From the NCBI RefSeq assembly GCF_006345805.1, contig NC_043005.1:10540001-10604000 (forward strand): a stretch of DNA of 64,000 nucleotides. The letters run 5' to 3'. Positions 25,541 through 39,296 of this stretch are shown in pieces (within the stretch, counting starts at the first letter, position 1; each line of letters starts with the position of its first letter). Source of the DNA: Octopus sinensis (lineage: Eukaryota). A program made the translations under genes and the position numbers. The notes under the pieces are model-generated. The model saw only the letters and a program-made list of their open reading frames with translations. It searched no databases and was not told where the DNA came from.

Positions 25541-26325
25541 GCATATGTTTAAGCAGAGATTGATATCTACAGGATAAAACAAGAATACTGAAAAGTAAAC
25601 AGCAAAAGAGCTACAGAGAGGAAAGGGTGCATAAGCTTGTTAGGAGTAGTGTTGATAAATTTCAGGAAGTTTGTCCTGACAGTGAACAACTGATGCAAGT
25701 TGTTTTTTTTTTCATACTTTGACAATTCTGAGCATATAAAAAATATATCCAAAAGTCCTGGCTTCTGCTTTTTTGACGGTTATAGTCAATAATAAATATG
25801 ACCATAGTCGGTTTCATAGATGTGTCTATGGCTGGTTTTGTAGATGTGTCATTCAATCCAACTGCAGCACACTAGATGAGTGTCTTTAACTGTAGTCCTG
25901 AGTTAACCAATTCTTTATGAGTAGAATTTGCTAGACAAGACTATTGTACAAATAATATAAATGTGTGTGCATGTGTATTTGTGTATGTGTGTATATATAT
26001 AATACTTCTACACATTCTCTCTTTCGTTATCTACCCCCCACCTACACCCACACATACACAAGCAAGACGTGTCCTCCAACCTATACAGGAAAGCAATAAG
26101 TTTTCATAAGAGCTGATCTGGGCTGTGAAAACCCATCTAACTCATGTCAGCATAGAAAATGAATGAAAATGGATGATGATGATAATGATGTTGGTGATTT
26201 TGTGTGTATATATTTTTCACTTATATTGTAAAGCTGGTAACATTGACCACAAAACTGAAAAAAACCAAAAAAACCCAGTACTTTTTGAATGAAGTCCTTG
26301 CAGCATTTGTTCTGCACTAACTTAC

Positions 26326-26563
26326 AGACACCTGCTTCATCACACTCACAATCTCCAGAGCAGTGAGCAGTGTTCAAGCCTCTTGGAACAAAAAAATCAT
26401 TGTTCTTCAGCTATTGTATAAATATTCAACAGATAATTATTCAGATTTTATGCCACTGATCATGTATCTTTTTGTTTAACTTATGCTGGCTGACTTTTAA
26501 GCTTATATCATAAGTAGTCTTGATATATCTGCTATTTCCTTGACATAAAAACACCACCTTTTC
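26326..26563 (-). ncRNA. Candidate exon of the minus-strand transcript
   Basis: Acceptor TTTTATCTCTTACAG|GAA, donor TCT|GTAAGT; unique sequence; no frame open throughout. Confidence 0.4.
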
Positions 26564-26676
26564 CTGTAAGAGATAAAACTAAAATACTTTTACTGCTAAA
26601 ACTTATTTTCAAATATATTTTTGCAGAAAAAGGTTGTGACAATGTTCATCATATATACATACACATATATATATAT

Positions 26677-27003
26677 AACTTAGAATAACTTAGAAAGGTT
26701 TTGGCCAGTATTGGCCCAGGCCATGTCTAACTTAATAGCACCACCTGGCGAAGTCTTTCAATTCAGGATTTGGGCACCGAGGCCCATTCGAGCAGAGAGT
26801 TATTGTTTGCGGAGACATATCCGGGTGTGGGTGGTTTGTCCGGGACTGTTTGAAGGAATTTGTCCAAAGACTTCTTGAATTTTGTGTGGTCAGTTTCTGT
26901 TTTGACGTGTCCTGGTGTAATGTTGAAGAGAGCGGGTCCAATTGAGGTAAAATAATTGTGCCGTATTGTCGTTATGTGATGCGATTTAGATTTTTAGGGG
27001 TAG
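26677..27003 (-). mobile_element. CR1-clade LINE 3' end (distinct family)
   Basis: Reads SIGPALFNITPGHVK...FKKSLDKFLQTVPDKPPTPGYVSANNNSLLEW. Confidence 0.8.
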
Positions 27004-29158
27004 AATTCAGAGAAAAATTATATATATATAGCACACACGCACACACATGTATATAAACATGCACACACACACACACAGGCTTTATATTTTGTTTTTACTC
27101 CCTTTATTTTCAAGCAAATAAAGGTGTCTCTGTGAATGTGCAACTTTATAGATATAACACTTTACTCTGCCAAAACCAAGGCATCAGAAGTTTCCCTTTC
27201 ACTTTATTTCCCCCTACTTAGGAAAACATCCTCAGAATTGGTCCTGTTATGTCTGCAGCTTCTTTAAATAAAATTTGAAGAAATTGATGAGAACTTGGCT
27301 AAAGAGATAAATGCATGTGTTCAAACCTTTCAGATGTCGGTTTTCACTATAGCCATAGCTTTTAGTCATATCTTTCCTACACATGACAATTGCTGTTTTA
27401 TATAAACCTACAAGTTCCTAATATATGTTTACTAAAGTCACACTGCAAATGTAACTGAGTAAATAAAGAAAAGTAAAGTTTTATTAGGATATTCTCTGGA
27501 TATTTTCTTTTATTTTATTTGAAAATATTGAGCCTCTAAATGTTAGTGCTTGGCTGTAATTTCATGTGAATTGGACAAGTGATAAATCTTTCCCCCTGAT
27601 AAATTGGCAATCTATTGCAGATAACAAAGACACTCACGCCCTAATCCTGAACTCACAGCTTACCTGATAAGAGAAATGTAGTATAAAGAGGTCTTTTTAA
27701 TAAACAAATGGAACACCATGTCTGGGTTTAGGTTAAGGACTTACGGGCAAATAATTCAAAACCCCACTATCTTACCTCTTATATTGATGACTCATTTTCT
27801 GTTTTCAAAATATTCTTTAATTACAAAATGAATTTAACTGGTACTGAAATAATAATAATAATAATTATAAGGAAAAACCATCATCTGCATCATTTTCTCT
27901 TCTACTTTTCCATTTTTGCTTGGGTCTGACAGGATTTGCTGAAGCAGATTTCTCTAGCTTCATGCTCTTCCTGTCACCAACCTTCACCTGTTTCCAAGCA
28001 GTGCAATTTGTAACCACCACTATGATGCTGATATTTGTTTACAATTAGTACTTGATATCTAGACAAGAAGACTGAAACACTTACATACATACACTTACAC
28101 ACACACACCCACACTATATGATGTGTTTCAGTTTCTGTCTACCAAATTCACTCACATTACTTTGATCAGCCTGGGGCTATAGTAGAATCCACTTGCTTCA
28201 AGATAATACCCAGTGGGGATGGATATAGAACTTTTTGGTTGGAAACCAAACTTCTTAACAACCACACATCTATGGTTGTGCCATTATGCAAAAATGAATG
28301 AATGTTGTTGTTAGTATTATTATTATAATATTAGTAAAAAGCCACAAATTTTACAGGAAGGTATGGTCAATTAAATCAACCTGACTGGTGCTTCAGTTTA
28401 TTGACCTCAGCTAGATTTAAAATCAAAACTTTAATTAAAGTCCCATGTATCTTTCCTTTTTTGAAAGTCATTATTTATAGCAGGCCAAGCAAGCAGGCTC
28501 TCTAATGAGTTAGTTCAAGTAATGATCATTACGTTGCAGTTCAGTAAGGTTTTAAAATGGATATTTTGGAATTATTTTTGAAACTTTTGTCTCAAAAATG
28601 GAAATATATGCTTTAGTAGCTTAGTAGCTTAGGTGATGGCTGCTGTATGAAAAGTCCTATTGTACAATTTCACGAGACAAGAATTTATTGTACAACCTCT
28701 ATATATGTAGTGCCCTATAGTATAACCCTTTAAAATTTAAACCAGCCATATCCAGCCTAAATATTCTACATGGTCAGATCCAACCTTTCACATGTATCTT
28801 CCAATGTAATTTTCAAAATAAACAATCATGTCATCAAAATCTCAAAGCTATGAAATAATGCATAATTAATTCAAAACAGTGTGAATAAATAAGCATCACA
28901 TATGATAGAGTACTCTAAATGCTAGATGGTCAATAAGTCTAACACTGATGAGTGTCATTTTATTTTATTTTGGTTTGTTTTTTTCCTGATAATCAGAATA
29001 ATGCTTAAGATAAATTTGAGAGTTCATTACACTTTTAATAGCTTTCTATGCAAAATGATCAAATTATACTGTTGTATTCTATATTGAACCTGTGATGACA
29101 ATCTTAGCAACAGAATTCTCAATGCCAAATCAATTTTATAATGTTGGTAATAATTTTG

Positions 29159-29313
29159 AGCAGAAAGTTTCACAAAGCCTTTATATTTTGAGCATGAAGT
29201 CCCATCCTCAGAAGAAAAACAGTCTGGGAAATGTCCAATTATACAAGTTTTCTTTTTCTTTTGAGGATGGGCCTTCATGCTCAAAATATAAAGGTTTTGT
29301 GAAACTTTCTGCT
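29159..29313. other. Fold-back with 61-bp arms (3 mismatches) and 33-nt spacer, with decayed hammerhead-like core
   Basis: 29159-29219 is the reverse complement of 29253-29313; each arm reads (C/T)TGAGGA-T-GGG(C/A)-CTTCAT-GCTC-AAAA-TATA. Confidence 0.7.
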
Positions 29314-30930
29314 TTGTCTGAAGCTTTCCTATTTTCCCTTTTTCACACACACACACATATAATAGTTAGATGCCCTTTCTGCTGCTAACCCTTATATGTT
29401 TCTAAAGTAAAAAAGGTTTCTTTTTATTCTACTTGTCTCTGGAAGCTCAGAGTTGTGAGATGATTTGTTGGCAGGAAATTTGCTAGCTAACAAATCATTA
29501 GCAGAAAATATCAACAGTCAGCAGTTTTTCCCAAATCATTTTCAAGCAAAGATGCAGAATGTAAATATGTATATAGACACACACACACACACATTTAACA
29601 GGTTCCTGTATAGTTTCATTCTACCAATTCTATTCACAAGGCATTAATCATTCCAAGGCTACAGGAGGCGACCATATGGTAACAAGCAAACTCTAAATTC
29701 ACACAGCCATGCCTATGCCTGCAAATAATATATATATATAAGGTACAAAATATAAAATAGTGTATCTTTATTGTTGTACCTGTATATATAATCATTTTCA
29801 TGCTTGCTTGGGTCATATTGAATTTGTTGAAGCAGAGTTTCTATAACCAGGTGCTCTTCCTGTTGCAAACCTATTTCCAAGCAAGGTAATTTTTCCACAC
29901 TGGCATATTTCCATGGAAGATGAAAAATGAATGGCGCCACCTGTCTGATGGTGACACTTGCTTACAATCAATGTGTTGTTGAGACAAGGAGATACAAATA
30001 CCACCCCCACCTAATTCATATGAGTCTTTTTTTGGTTACCCTCTACCAAATCTACTCACAAGGCTTTGACCAACCTGAGGCTGTAGTAGAAGAAACTTGC
30101 CCTGAGTGACCCACTGTGGAACTGAACCTGAGACGATATGGTTGGGAAGTAAATTTCTTAACCACTCAGCTATACCTACACCTATATATGTATGTGTGTC
30201 TACGCACATACAAATTCTGTTTATCAAATTCATCTCACAATTGGTCAACTTGATTTTATAATAGATAACAATTACCCAAGATACTTTACAGTGGGAGCAA
30301 ATCCTAAAGTTCAAGGGCAAACTTGTTAAGCACATGGCTATGCCTACACCTGTTTATCTGTGTGTGTGTGCACATGCATGCAGATATGATTGCGTGGTAA
30401 AGAAATATTTGTTTTGTAACCATGTTACCTAGAGTAAATAAATGTCTTCTACTAAAGGCCTGGGTCAATAAGTGTCTTGTATTTTATAGACATGTGTTGC
30501 AAGAAGCACATTGTATAGGTGTGTGTATTTGAGCAAAATTACGATTATGTTGATATTCCTTGTTGATATTATGTCAGCTGCTGTGCACTTTCAATGACTT
30601 CTGATAAATTCCTGGCTTTGGGTAAAAATAAAATACTGGAGGATTAATTATGATTTTATGTAACATATTCATTCCCCTCTCAGATTTACCTGCTTATTGC
30701 AGTGGTACTTTAGTTTTCCTAAGTCTTGTAAAGAACTAGGAAGGTTAGCCTCTAACCAGGCCTTAAGGCCAGGAACTTTTCAGCGCTCCGATGTAAAAAG
30801 AATATCTTACTTGAAAATAGTGGTCTACAACAGGAAATGCTTCTAACTATAAAAACCTGCCTCAAATAATTCCAGCTAATCCATACTTGCTCATTCTCTT
30901 GCTTTCTCAATATTTATATATGTATATATA

Positions 30931-31603
30931 CAGGGTGCGATGGGTAAATTGTCACCATTTTATATTTTTTATTTCACACATGCAAAAGAATGATAAAAAC
31001 CAAACATTCAGTCAACATCATGGTGTTTGGAGTGATCATTAGTGATGGCAATGTTATGCCTCCATTTATCTTCCCACATATCCTCAGACTCAATACAGAA
31101 GCCTACATCAAGTGTCTGGAAGCGGTAGTGCTGCCCTGGTCAAGAGGGTGGCTGCTGGAAGACCCTATGTCTGGCAACAGGACTCTGCACCAGGCCACAC
31201 AAGTAGGAGAACCCAGTCATGGCTGCCAGACAATTTCTGTGACCACATTATCCCTAACATCTGGCCACCTAACTCCCCAGACTGCAACCCCTTGATTATT
31301 ATGTGTGGGGCACAGTTGAGTGAGAGACCAACAAAACTTCTTGTAACATCAAAGATGAACTGAAGGCAAGGATTATAGCAGCATTCACCAACTTAAACAA
31401 GGAGACCATCCAGAAGAGTTGCAAGAGATTCTGAAGTCGTCTGGAGGCTGTGGTTGAAGCCAATGGCGATTTATTGAATAAATTTACTCATTAGTATTCC
31501 AAGATATTTTATGTAATTTTGGTAAATATATCGGTTAAAATGAGATGTCAGTGTTATTTTCATTTTTGCTTAATTTAGATGACAGTTTATTCACCATACC
31601 CTA
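30931..31603 (+). mobile_element. Internally deleted Tc1/mariner element of the DD37D (maT) type
   Basis: TA-CAGGGTG terminus with decayed right TIR; WQQDSAPGH ... WPPNSPDCNPL(D), 37 residues between the 2nd and 3rd Asp after correcting one frameshift. Confidence 0.85.
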
Positions 31604-31640
31604 TATATATATACACACACACAAACTCTCACACACATTT

Positions 31641-32010
31641 ACAGTGTGACACAAATGTCACATTACTTTTAGAACTTAAACTCTTTTTAATAAAAAGATA
31701 AAGAAATTTTCTCTTTAGAAATATTTATTTTGATAAAGAAATTTTCTCTTTAGGAATATTTATTTTGGCTCTTGAAAATTAAATGACTCATGGAATATGA
31801 CATTCTGTAAATCTCCTCCACTACTTTGCAGAGTCAAACACTTTTGAGGCAGCGTACTACGACAGCTTGTAATGAATCTTTAATCCAATGTACAGGTGTG
31901 CTCTTCTCAATGTCCCAGATTTTCTTTAAATAACTGCAACAGAAAGAATTAAGATTATAATTAAAAAGTAATTTAAATTTTAAAGTGTAAAGTGATTTCA
32001 GTGGTGCCCT
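31641..32010 (-). mobile_element. Degraded mariner-type fragment/MITE
   Basis: TA-CAGTGTG terminus; minus strand weakly resembles the mariner region after the SPDL motif. Confidence 0.35.
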
Positions 32011-32957
32011 ATGCTCATTTGTATGTATGTGTGTTGTTTATCAATTAAAATTCATAGAAAGGAAACCAAAATAATTGAAAAATTTAGGGTTTAACCACAA
32101 CAACTACTTTTAGGTTTTTTTGAAGTAGTTAGTGATAAAAGATATGAGATATAACTGACAGTGTTTACGTGAAGACAGTCTTATGTGATGATAACAAATA
32201 CTAATATGCTGACAGCAGTGTTTATACAAGAAATAGTACTTATATCTTGACAACTGATTGTTTTAATCTGCAATAGAGGGTGTTTATATGACAAATACTG
32301 ATAGTGTGTATATGATGATAGCAAAGGGTGTTTACGTGATGACAAGCAGGAACACCACTTAGCACCAACAGTAAAAATAAGAAAAGGAAATAAAAAAAAA
32401 ACAATACAATCATTTCCTTCTTTGATACACAACTTCCCTCTTGTCAATATTTAAGGCCTGGTACGTTGCTCACTTTACCCCACCTCTTGATCTGTTGGGG
32501 GTGAGGGTTTACTCACATGCATTCTGGCCACCCCCACTGCCAATTGTTTTTTCTTAATGCCACGGAGTCAATGCCTTTCCTCCCTGGATTGACTACCATA
32601 AAAATGTTTTTAACCATGTATGTACCAACAGGAGTATAGTGAAAACCTAATATTTAAGAAGTAAATCTTTTGTACAGATTGTTATACTACTAAACCTCCT
32701 AAATATGAAAAAGTACAAAAATATACTAAACATGTCTTCATTTGTAGGTAGGCTTAATCTGGTGTCCAGTTTCACACATCACCACCCAGTTCTTGGGTGC
32801 CTTTATCATGGTACATACATTCTGTTGAAAGTATCTGGGTCAGATCTCCTGTCTGAAGTTAACCTCTTCCTTTTTCATCAGTTTTGGAGGCTCTCAAAAA
32901 GGATCAAGGTTGTTGTCCTGCCTCTTATGAATAGGCAATTTAGAGAAAATAAGGAAC

Positions 32958-33031
32958 AGGATGATTGAATAAACAGTCTGTTATCATATAAACAATATAT
33001 AATGACAACAGGCTGTTTATTCAGTCATCCT
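32958..33031. ncRNA. Pre-miRNA-sized hairpin (30-bp stem, 14-nt loop)
   Basis: AGGATGATTGAATAAACAGTCTGTTATCAT pairs with ATGACAACAGGCTGTTTATTCAGTCATCCT; two U-G pairs and one A-C mismatch on the plus strand. Confidence 0.3.
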
Positions 33032-35112
33032 TTGAAATATTTTCAGACATATATATATCTTTGGTTAAGAAAATAAATTTGGTCAAGTGTTGGTCAGTGC
33101 TGTAGCATCATCACTTTAATATCTGGAGTAGTGCCATTGGGATATATAGAATTGCCCTTTTGGCATCTATTCCCAACTTTTGGAACCTAGTCAAACAATT
33201 GTTATGGTGTATGTATCTATGCATAGTTGTGTCTGAGATCATCTGCATGTGTGTTTGTGATAACTAGAACCATACAACAGATTTCATGCCACACTGCTTA
33301 CATGTTATTGTAATATTCTAATATTTATTGATTTCTTGCTGAAATTAAAATGAATTCTGGATGAGATAAGTTGTATAAAATGTAAAGGATAGGTTTTGAA
33401 AATCCTTACTTATCACACACACATATATGCACATCACTTACAAGTGCTGTTGTCTAATGTCAATCAGGAGGACTGTATAACATCACTCAAGCAGCCAGAT
33501 ATAGCAACCAAATTCCCTCAAATCATAGCTTACAAGAAGGAAATAAGATAATATAGTCCAAGACTTACTGTGTGAATAAAAAAAGCCAGTTGATAATGGT
33601 TAGAATTCCTTTATCATATGTCTATGTATTAGGATCAATGCAATAAAAATTGAATTCTTTTATTGATTTTATGTAGGAAATGCTGATAGTTTTCTCAGAC
33701 TAGTGAAATTTATGTGGTTAATGCTCCTCTTGAAAAGTTGTAAGTCAATGGCTGTACTGATGAAATTTCAGAGAGCCAATGTTCTGGGAATAAAGGTATG
33801 GGTACTGTTGTTAGTGTGAATCCTGGTGGTAGTGGGGAATGTGGACACAATATCGGTAAAGAGTAGAGAAAGATGAGTATGTTGGGAATGCTTGATGCAG
33901 ATAGCCTGTAACCAGTTATTCCTGAGAAGCAGTGGCCATTGTAGTAGTCAGAAAAGACAGAAAGAGAAGAAAGTGTCTGTGATCCAGAAGTTGACTGTTG
34001 GTAAGTGGCTTCATGTCAATCAGCCAGGTGTAGTTTTTCTTTGGATGCAGTCAAGGATGTCTGTGTGTGTAGCTGCCACACTCCATTGTGGGTTTCATCT
34101 GAGCATTGAGAAAAAAGATTTTTATCAGTTAAGCCCTGTGAAAAGTCATTCTGTTTTGTATAAATTGTTAATAAAAGTTTTCACGGTTTACATTACCATA
34201 TCATCTGTAAGGACTCATAAAGAAGTAATATTTTTTCACAACTTTGAAATATTGCTTGAGTTTTAAGGTTTCTAATTAACAGATTAATTGGCTTCAAAGA
34301 AGAGTTAATTTCATTAAAAGATATTGAAATTATTTATGACATTATAAAGTAAATAAATAAGATTTTGTATCATTGTAAATATAATAGAGAGGTATCATTT
34401 AGTGAAAGCTTATCACAAGCATATGTTAGTATGTAAAGTTAAACGTGGCTTGAGAACTTAATGAAATGCATGGACTGAATGACAAAATAATGAATCGGTT
34501 GATACATTTTAAGTTTTCATTTTCATTTTTATTGTTTCAAATTCTAATGGAGAAGAAATATTCATACTTGCCATAAAAGAGTTGTTTAACCCCTAAGTAT
34601 TAACTGAATGAGAACTATGATGAAAAGCACTCCAACCTTAACTGTTCCACCTTTATACTCCTCTTCTTTTTTTGCAAGCATAGTGTAACCCAGATTATAT
34701 AAGCCAATGTATCTTTTCCTTTTTTAAGAATGATAGGGTTATTATATGAAGGAGAACTTTTTTTGATATTTGTAACAGTTTAAGCAACCCTATAGAAGTC
34801 TTTTTGTTGGCATGGTTTGTTCATTTTTCTGTTTTTTCATCCCAGCATGGGTTAGATAAATATATATTACTGAGGTGTTGATTTACAGCTGGGTGCCCTT
34901 TTTGTTGTTAATTCTTACCTGATTTTTTAAAGCAAGGGATGTCCTATTCCACATGTATTTGAAAGTACACTGGACAACTGGTTGAAAGGCAAATCACAAC
35001 AAACTTCACAACTTGTAGCACACATGCTTTTCATGAGCAGCATTCAAATCAAAAATGTTCAAAGGCACCCACCCCTATATATGTATATACACATACAAAC
35101 ACACATATAATA

Positions 35113-35390
35113 TCACGTGACCACGTGACCGACCAGACCATCAGATGTTGTTACACATTGCTGGTCACAATGCGTTCGCATTGTTTTAGCCTTCGAATGA
35201 CGCCACCCCGCTGGCTAAGCAAGCAGGCCAACAGAAGAAAGAGTGGTGAAAGAGTACAGCAGGGATCACCACCCCCTGCCGGAGCCTCATGGAGCTTTTA
35301 GGTGTTTTCGCTCAATAAACACTCACAACTCGAAACCGCGATCCTGCGACCGCGAGTCCGCTGCCCTAACCACTAGGCCATTGCGCCTCC
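35113..35390 (-). mobile_element. tRNA-derived SINE family C (tail type 1)
   Basis: Reverse complement of 46838-47138. Confidence 0.9.
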
Positions 35391-36411
35391 ACACATATAA
35401 TATATATACGCATATATATATATGCATATGTATACATATACACAATGGTCTTCATACAGATTTTGTTTTCTAAATTCATTCACAAGGCTTTGATTAGCCC
35501 AGAGCTACAGAAGACACTTGTCCAATATACTAAGCAGTACGACTTAACTCAAAACCACATGGTTAAAAAGCAAAATTTTTAACCACACAGCTTTGTCTTC
35601 AAAGTGATAATTTTATAGCTAGCTCAATTGAGCCAAATAAAGTCCACTTATCATCATCATCTAACATCTGTCTTCCATGCTGGCATGATTTTGGCCAAGC
35701 GAAAATATTGTGATTCTTGGAAAGTGTTGACTGAAATCATGTAAAAAGAACTCTCCAGTAGCTTGACTACTTCATCAAACAATAGAAGCTTTGGATTCAA
35801 CAGACTGTGTGCTATATGCTAAACTATGGCTGTGTATGATGAAGAGGGCAAGTCTTCACAGAAGAAATACAAAAATCAAGTCAGAACACACGTTAATTTG
35901 ATGAGTTGTTAGGACTAAAGAATTGACAGATTTGTAAATACATGATTTCTTAATTAGGCATAAAACCTTGAAGTTACAGAAGCAGCAACGTGAAAAGTCT
36001 TGGAGTTGAGGCAGTTCTTGAGTGAGTGAGAAGAGATTTAACTGTGCAACTGAAGGTGAATTATGGAGGCAATCATTGGAGATGATAAAATGTCATGCTC
36101 AGACATGTTAATATGTTTCGTTGTTTAGTTAATGACTACTCTTGGCTGTGTCATATAGTTTACAGTTCAGCATCATCTGAAAGAGATGAAATCTCTACCT
36201 TAACTAATTAGCTTCACCTTCTCTTCAAGCTTTTGCTGCATGAATAAATAACTGAATCATAATTCACTTCAGTCAGCTCTACATGTAAGTCATCAGAAAA
36301 TGGCATGAATTGAGATTATGTTTTAAATGCACGTATAATACTGTAATAATAATAATAATGATAAGGAAGAATGATTTGGATCTTTGTAGTAAGGGTTATA
36401 TAGAATAATAT

Positions 36412-36783
36412 GGAGGCGCAATGGCCCAGTGGTTAGGGCAGCGGACTCGCGGTTTCGATTCCTAGACCGGGCGTTGTGAGTGTTTATTGAGCGAAAACAC
36501 CTAAAGCTCCACGAGGCTCCAGCAGCGAATGGTGGTGATCCCTGCTGTACTCTTTCACCATAACTTTCTCTCACTCTTACTTCCTGTTTCTGTTGTACCT
36601 GTATTTCAAAGGGCCAGCCTTGTCACTCTCTGTGTCACGCTGAATATCCCTGAGAACTACGTTAAAGGTATACGTGTCTGTGGAGTGCTCAGCCACTTAC
36701 ACGTTAATTTCACGAGCAGGCTGTTCCGTTGATTCGGATCAACCGGAACCCTCATCGTCGTAACCGACGGAATGCTTCCATCC
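36412..36783 (+). mobile_element. tRNA-derived SINE family C (tail type 2) with a very long flanking duplication
   Basis: GGAGGCGCAATGGCCCAGTGGTTAGGGCAGCGGAC head, GGTTTCGATTCC B-box; flanks 36337-36410 and 36784-36863 are direct repeats. Confidence 0.9.
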
Positions 36784-37192
36784 AATACTGTAATAATAAT
36801 AATAATAATAATGATAAGGAAGAATGATTTGAATCTTTGTAGTAAGGGTTATATAGAATAATAGTGGTTAGCACTGGTAAAATAAAAATATCAAGTGCAT
36901 TACTCTTATCAAATCCATGTCATCATATAAGAATAAAACAATGTAAAATTATGATTGTTTTATATGGAAGTAGAAGATAATAATGAATAGTTGGCTACTG
37001 TAGTTGTTTAGGATAAAGTTTGCTACTTAAAGAAAATGATGATGTGTAGAATAAATTCAGCTGATAGGAGTAGAAAATGTAATGTTTCAGGGTCTTATTA
37101 TTGCTTCTCCCTCAGAATTCCCAGGAAATTTGGGTAAAAATGTAATAAAAAATTCCCAAGATTGTATTCTATCACCCATGAGTTTGTGAATG

Positions 37193-37360
37193 TCATCATC
37201 ATTGTTTAACGTCCGCTTTCCATGCTAGCATGGGTTGGACGGTTCAACTGGTGTCTGGGAAGCCCGAAGGCTGCACCAGGCCAGTCAGATCTGGCAGTGT
37301 TTCTACAGCTGGATGCCCTTCCTAACGCCAACCACTCCGTGAGTGTAGTGGGTGCTTTTT
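37193..37360 (-). mobile_element. RTE 3' UTR fragment (family D)
   Basis: Near-identical to 25265-25430. Confidence 0.85.
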
Positions 37361-37652
37361 AAACCAAATATAAATTATAAAATTGTCTCAAATGCTCAGA
37401 TAGTTCAAGTATTGGCCTTTTATGCTATTTAAAAATCTTTCACTAAATGCTCTCAGAAGCTAGTACACTTGAAATAGTTGAACCTCTTTTAAAAGGAATA
37501 GACCTTCAGAAAAATAACCTCTGCAAATTCAATAATTAAAAGTGCTTTTATTAAGGAAACTGTTACAAATAAAAGTTTGGTTTTTATTGAAGAATGGTTC
37601 ACATGTAATGATTAGTGAAATAACTAAAAGAAAGAGTAATTCTGGAAAATTC

Positions 37653-37950
37653 ACTCTTTTACTTGTTTCAGTCATGTGACTGTGGCCATGCTGGAGCACC
37701 ACCTTTAGTCGACCAAATCGACCCCAGGACTTATTCTTTTGTAAGCCCAGTACTTATTCTATCGGTCTCTTTTGCCGAACCGCTAAGTGACGGGGACATA
37801 AACACACCAGCATAGGTTGTCAAGCAATGCTAGGGGGACAAACACAGACACACAAACATGCACATACTTATATGTACCACGCAGTGGGACTGAACCCGGA
37901 ACCATGTGGTTCGTAAGCAAGCTACTTACCACACAGCCACTCCTACGCCT
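37653..37950 (-). mobile_element. SINE family A, internally deleted
   Basis: Reverse complement of 355-747 lacking the middle segment. Confidence 0.9.
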
Positions 37951-38676
37951 AAAAAAAATATATATCTTTAGATATATATATTTTTTGTGTAATCATGGAT
38001 GTTAGAATATCTGGTAAATTCTGGAATTTAAGAATGATAAGAATTTATAAAACTTCACTTGTTGAAAAAACTATTTAACTTTTAGAAATAAAGCTTACTG
38101 AATTCAAACTTGGTTTGAGAAAAAAATTATTTAGTGATAACTGATAGAGAAAATGCCATGGTTAAATTTGGTTAGGATATTAACTGCAAGCATCAATTAT
38201 ATTATATGGACTTCATTTGGTTGTTTGTGATATTCTTTCTAAGAAAACTGAATCAAATTGCATGCAATGAAGCTACTTTAAAACATGACCTTTGCAACAA
38301 TTGAACTTAGTGAAATAATATCAACTGCAGAAGACACCATCAACCATTGGCAATGTTGTTGAAATGCAAGAACAATTGTCAGTTCATTTTGTAGGTCTCT
38401 AACAAAAATTTTTAAAGACCTACAAAATGAAACCTACAAATACTTCAGAAAGCTGCAATTAATCCATAATATTTTATATAGTTTATTTACAATGTCAGAA
38501 TGATCCTTCCTTCTTAGAACCTATATTTTTAAAGTGGTGATCAATATGACTTTTCAGATAAATTAATGCTTATCCACATTGCTGAAGCAGCATTAGTACC
38601 GATTAAAATTGGGACTGAAAAAAAACCCAAAAAAACTAGATGGGAAAGATGTTATGTCTCTCTCAAGAAAAGGCAT

Positions 38677-39003
38677 ACTCTTTACTCTTTTACTTGTTTC
38701 CGTCATTTGACTGCGGCCATGCTGGAGCACCACCTTTAGTCAAGCAAATCGACCTCAGGACTTATTCTTTGTAAGCCCACTACTTATTCTATCGGTCTCT
38801 TTTGCTGAACTGCTAAGTGACGGGGACATAAACACACCAGCATCAGTTGTCAAGCAATGCTAGGGGGACAAACACACATACACATATATATATATATACA
38901 TATATACGACAGGCTTCTTTCAGTTTCCGCCTACCAAATCCACTCACAAGGCATTGGTCGGCCCGGGGCTATAGCAGAAGACACTTGCCCAAGATGCCAC
39001 GCA
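38677..39003 (-). mobile_element. SINE family A, 5' truncated
   Basis: Reverse complement of family A. Confidence 0.9.
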
Positions 39004-39296
39004 GCATATTTGTTTTTATTCTGGAAGTATTCAGTCAATAGAATACTTCCATGTTCCTCGTGCTCAGAGAATATCTTAAGAAAAGAACTGAACAGCAAAG
39101 GAATAAAAATTTGATCAGAGTGATGAAATATTTAATTACTTTCTTTTCAATTTTGGATGCACTTCATTCATTTTACATTTTGCCATTAGAAATTTTCCTT
39201 CAAAATATTGCACAGAATGATCATCAGTTTATCAGAAGAATCCCTTACTCATAACTGAAGCACCCACTCCATCAAAAGAAACTCCCTTATTACAGA

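Noticed and set aside
38383-38431. Perfect 16-bp hairpin (similar 15-bp one at 21954-21991)
   Set aside because: Too short for a pre-miRNA and embedded in decayed repeats; likely local template-switch products.
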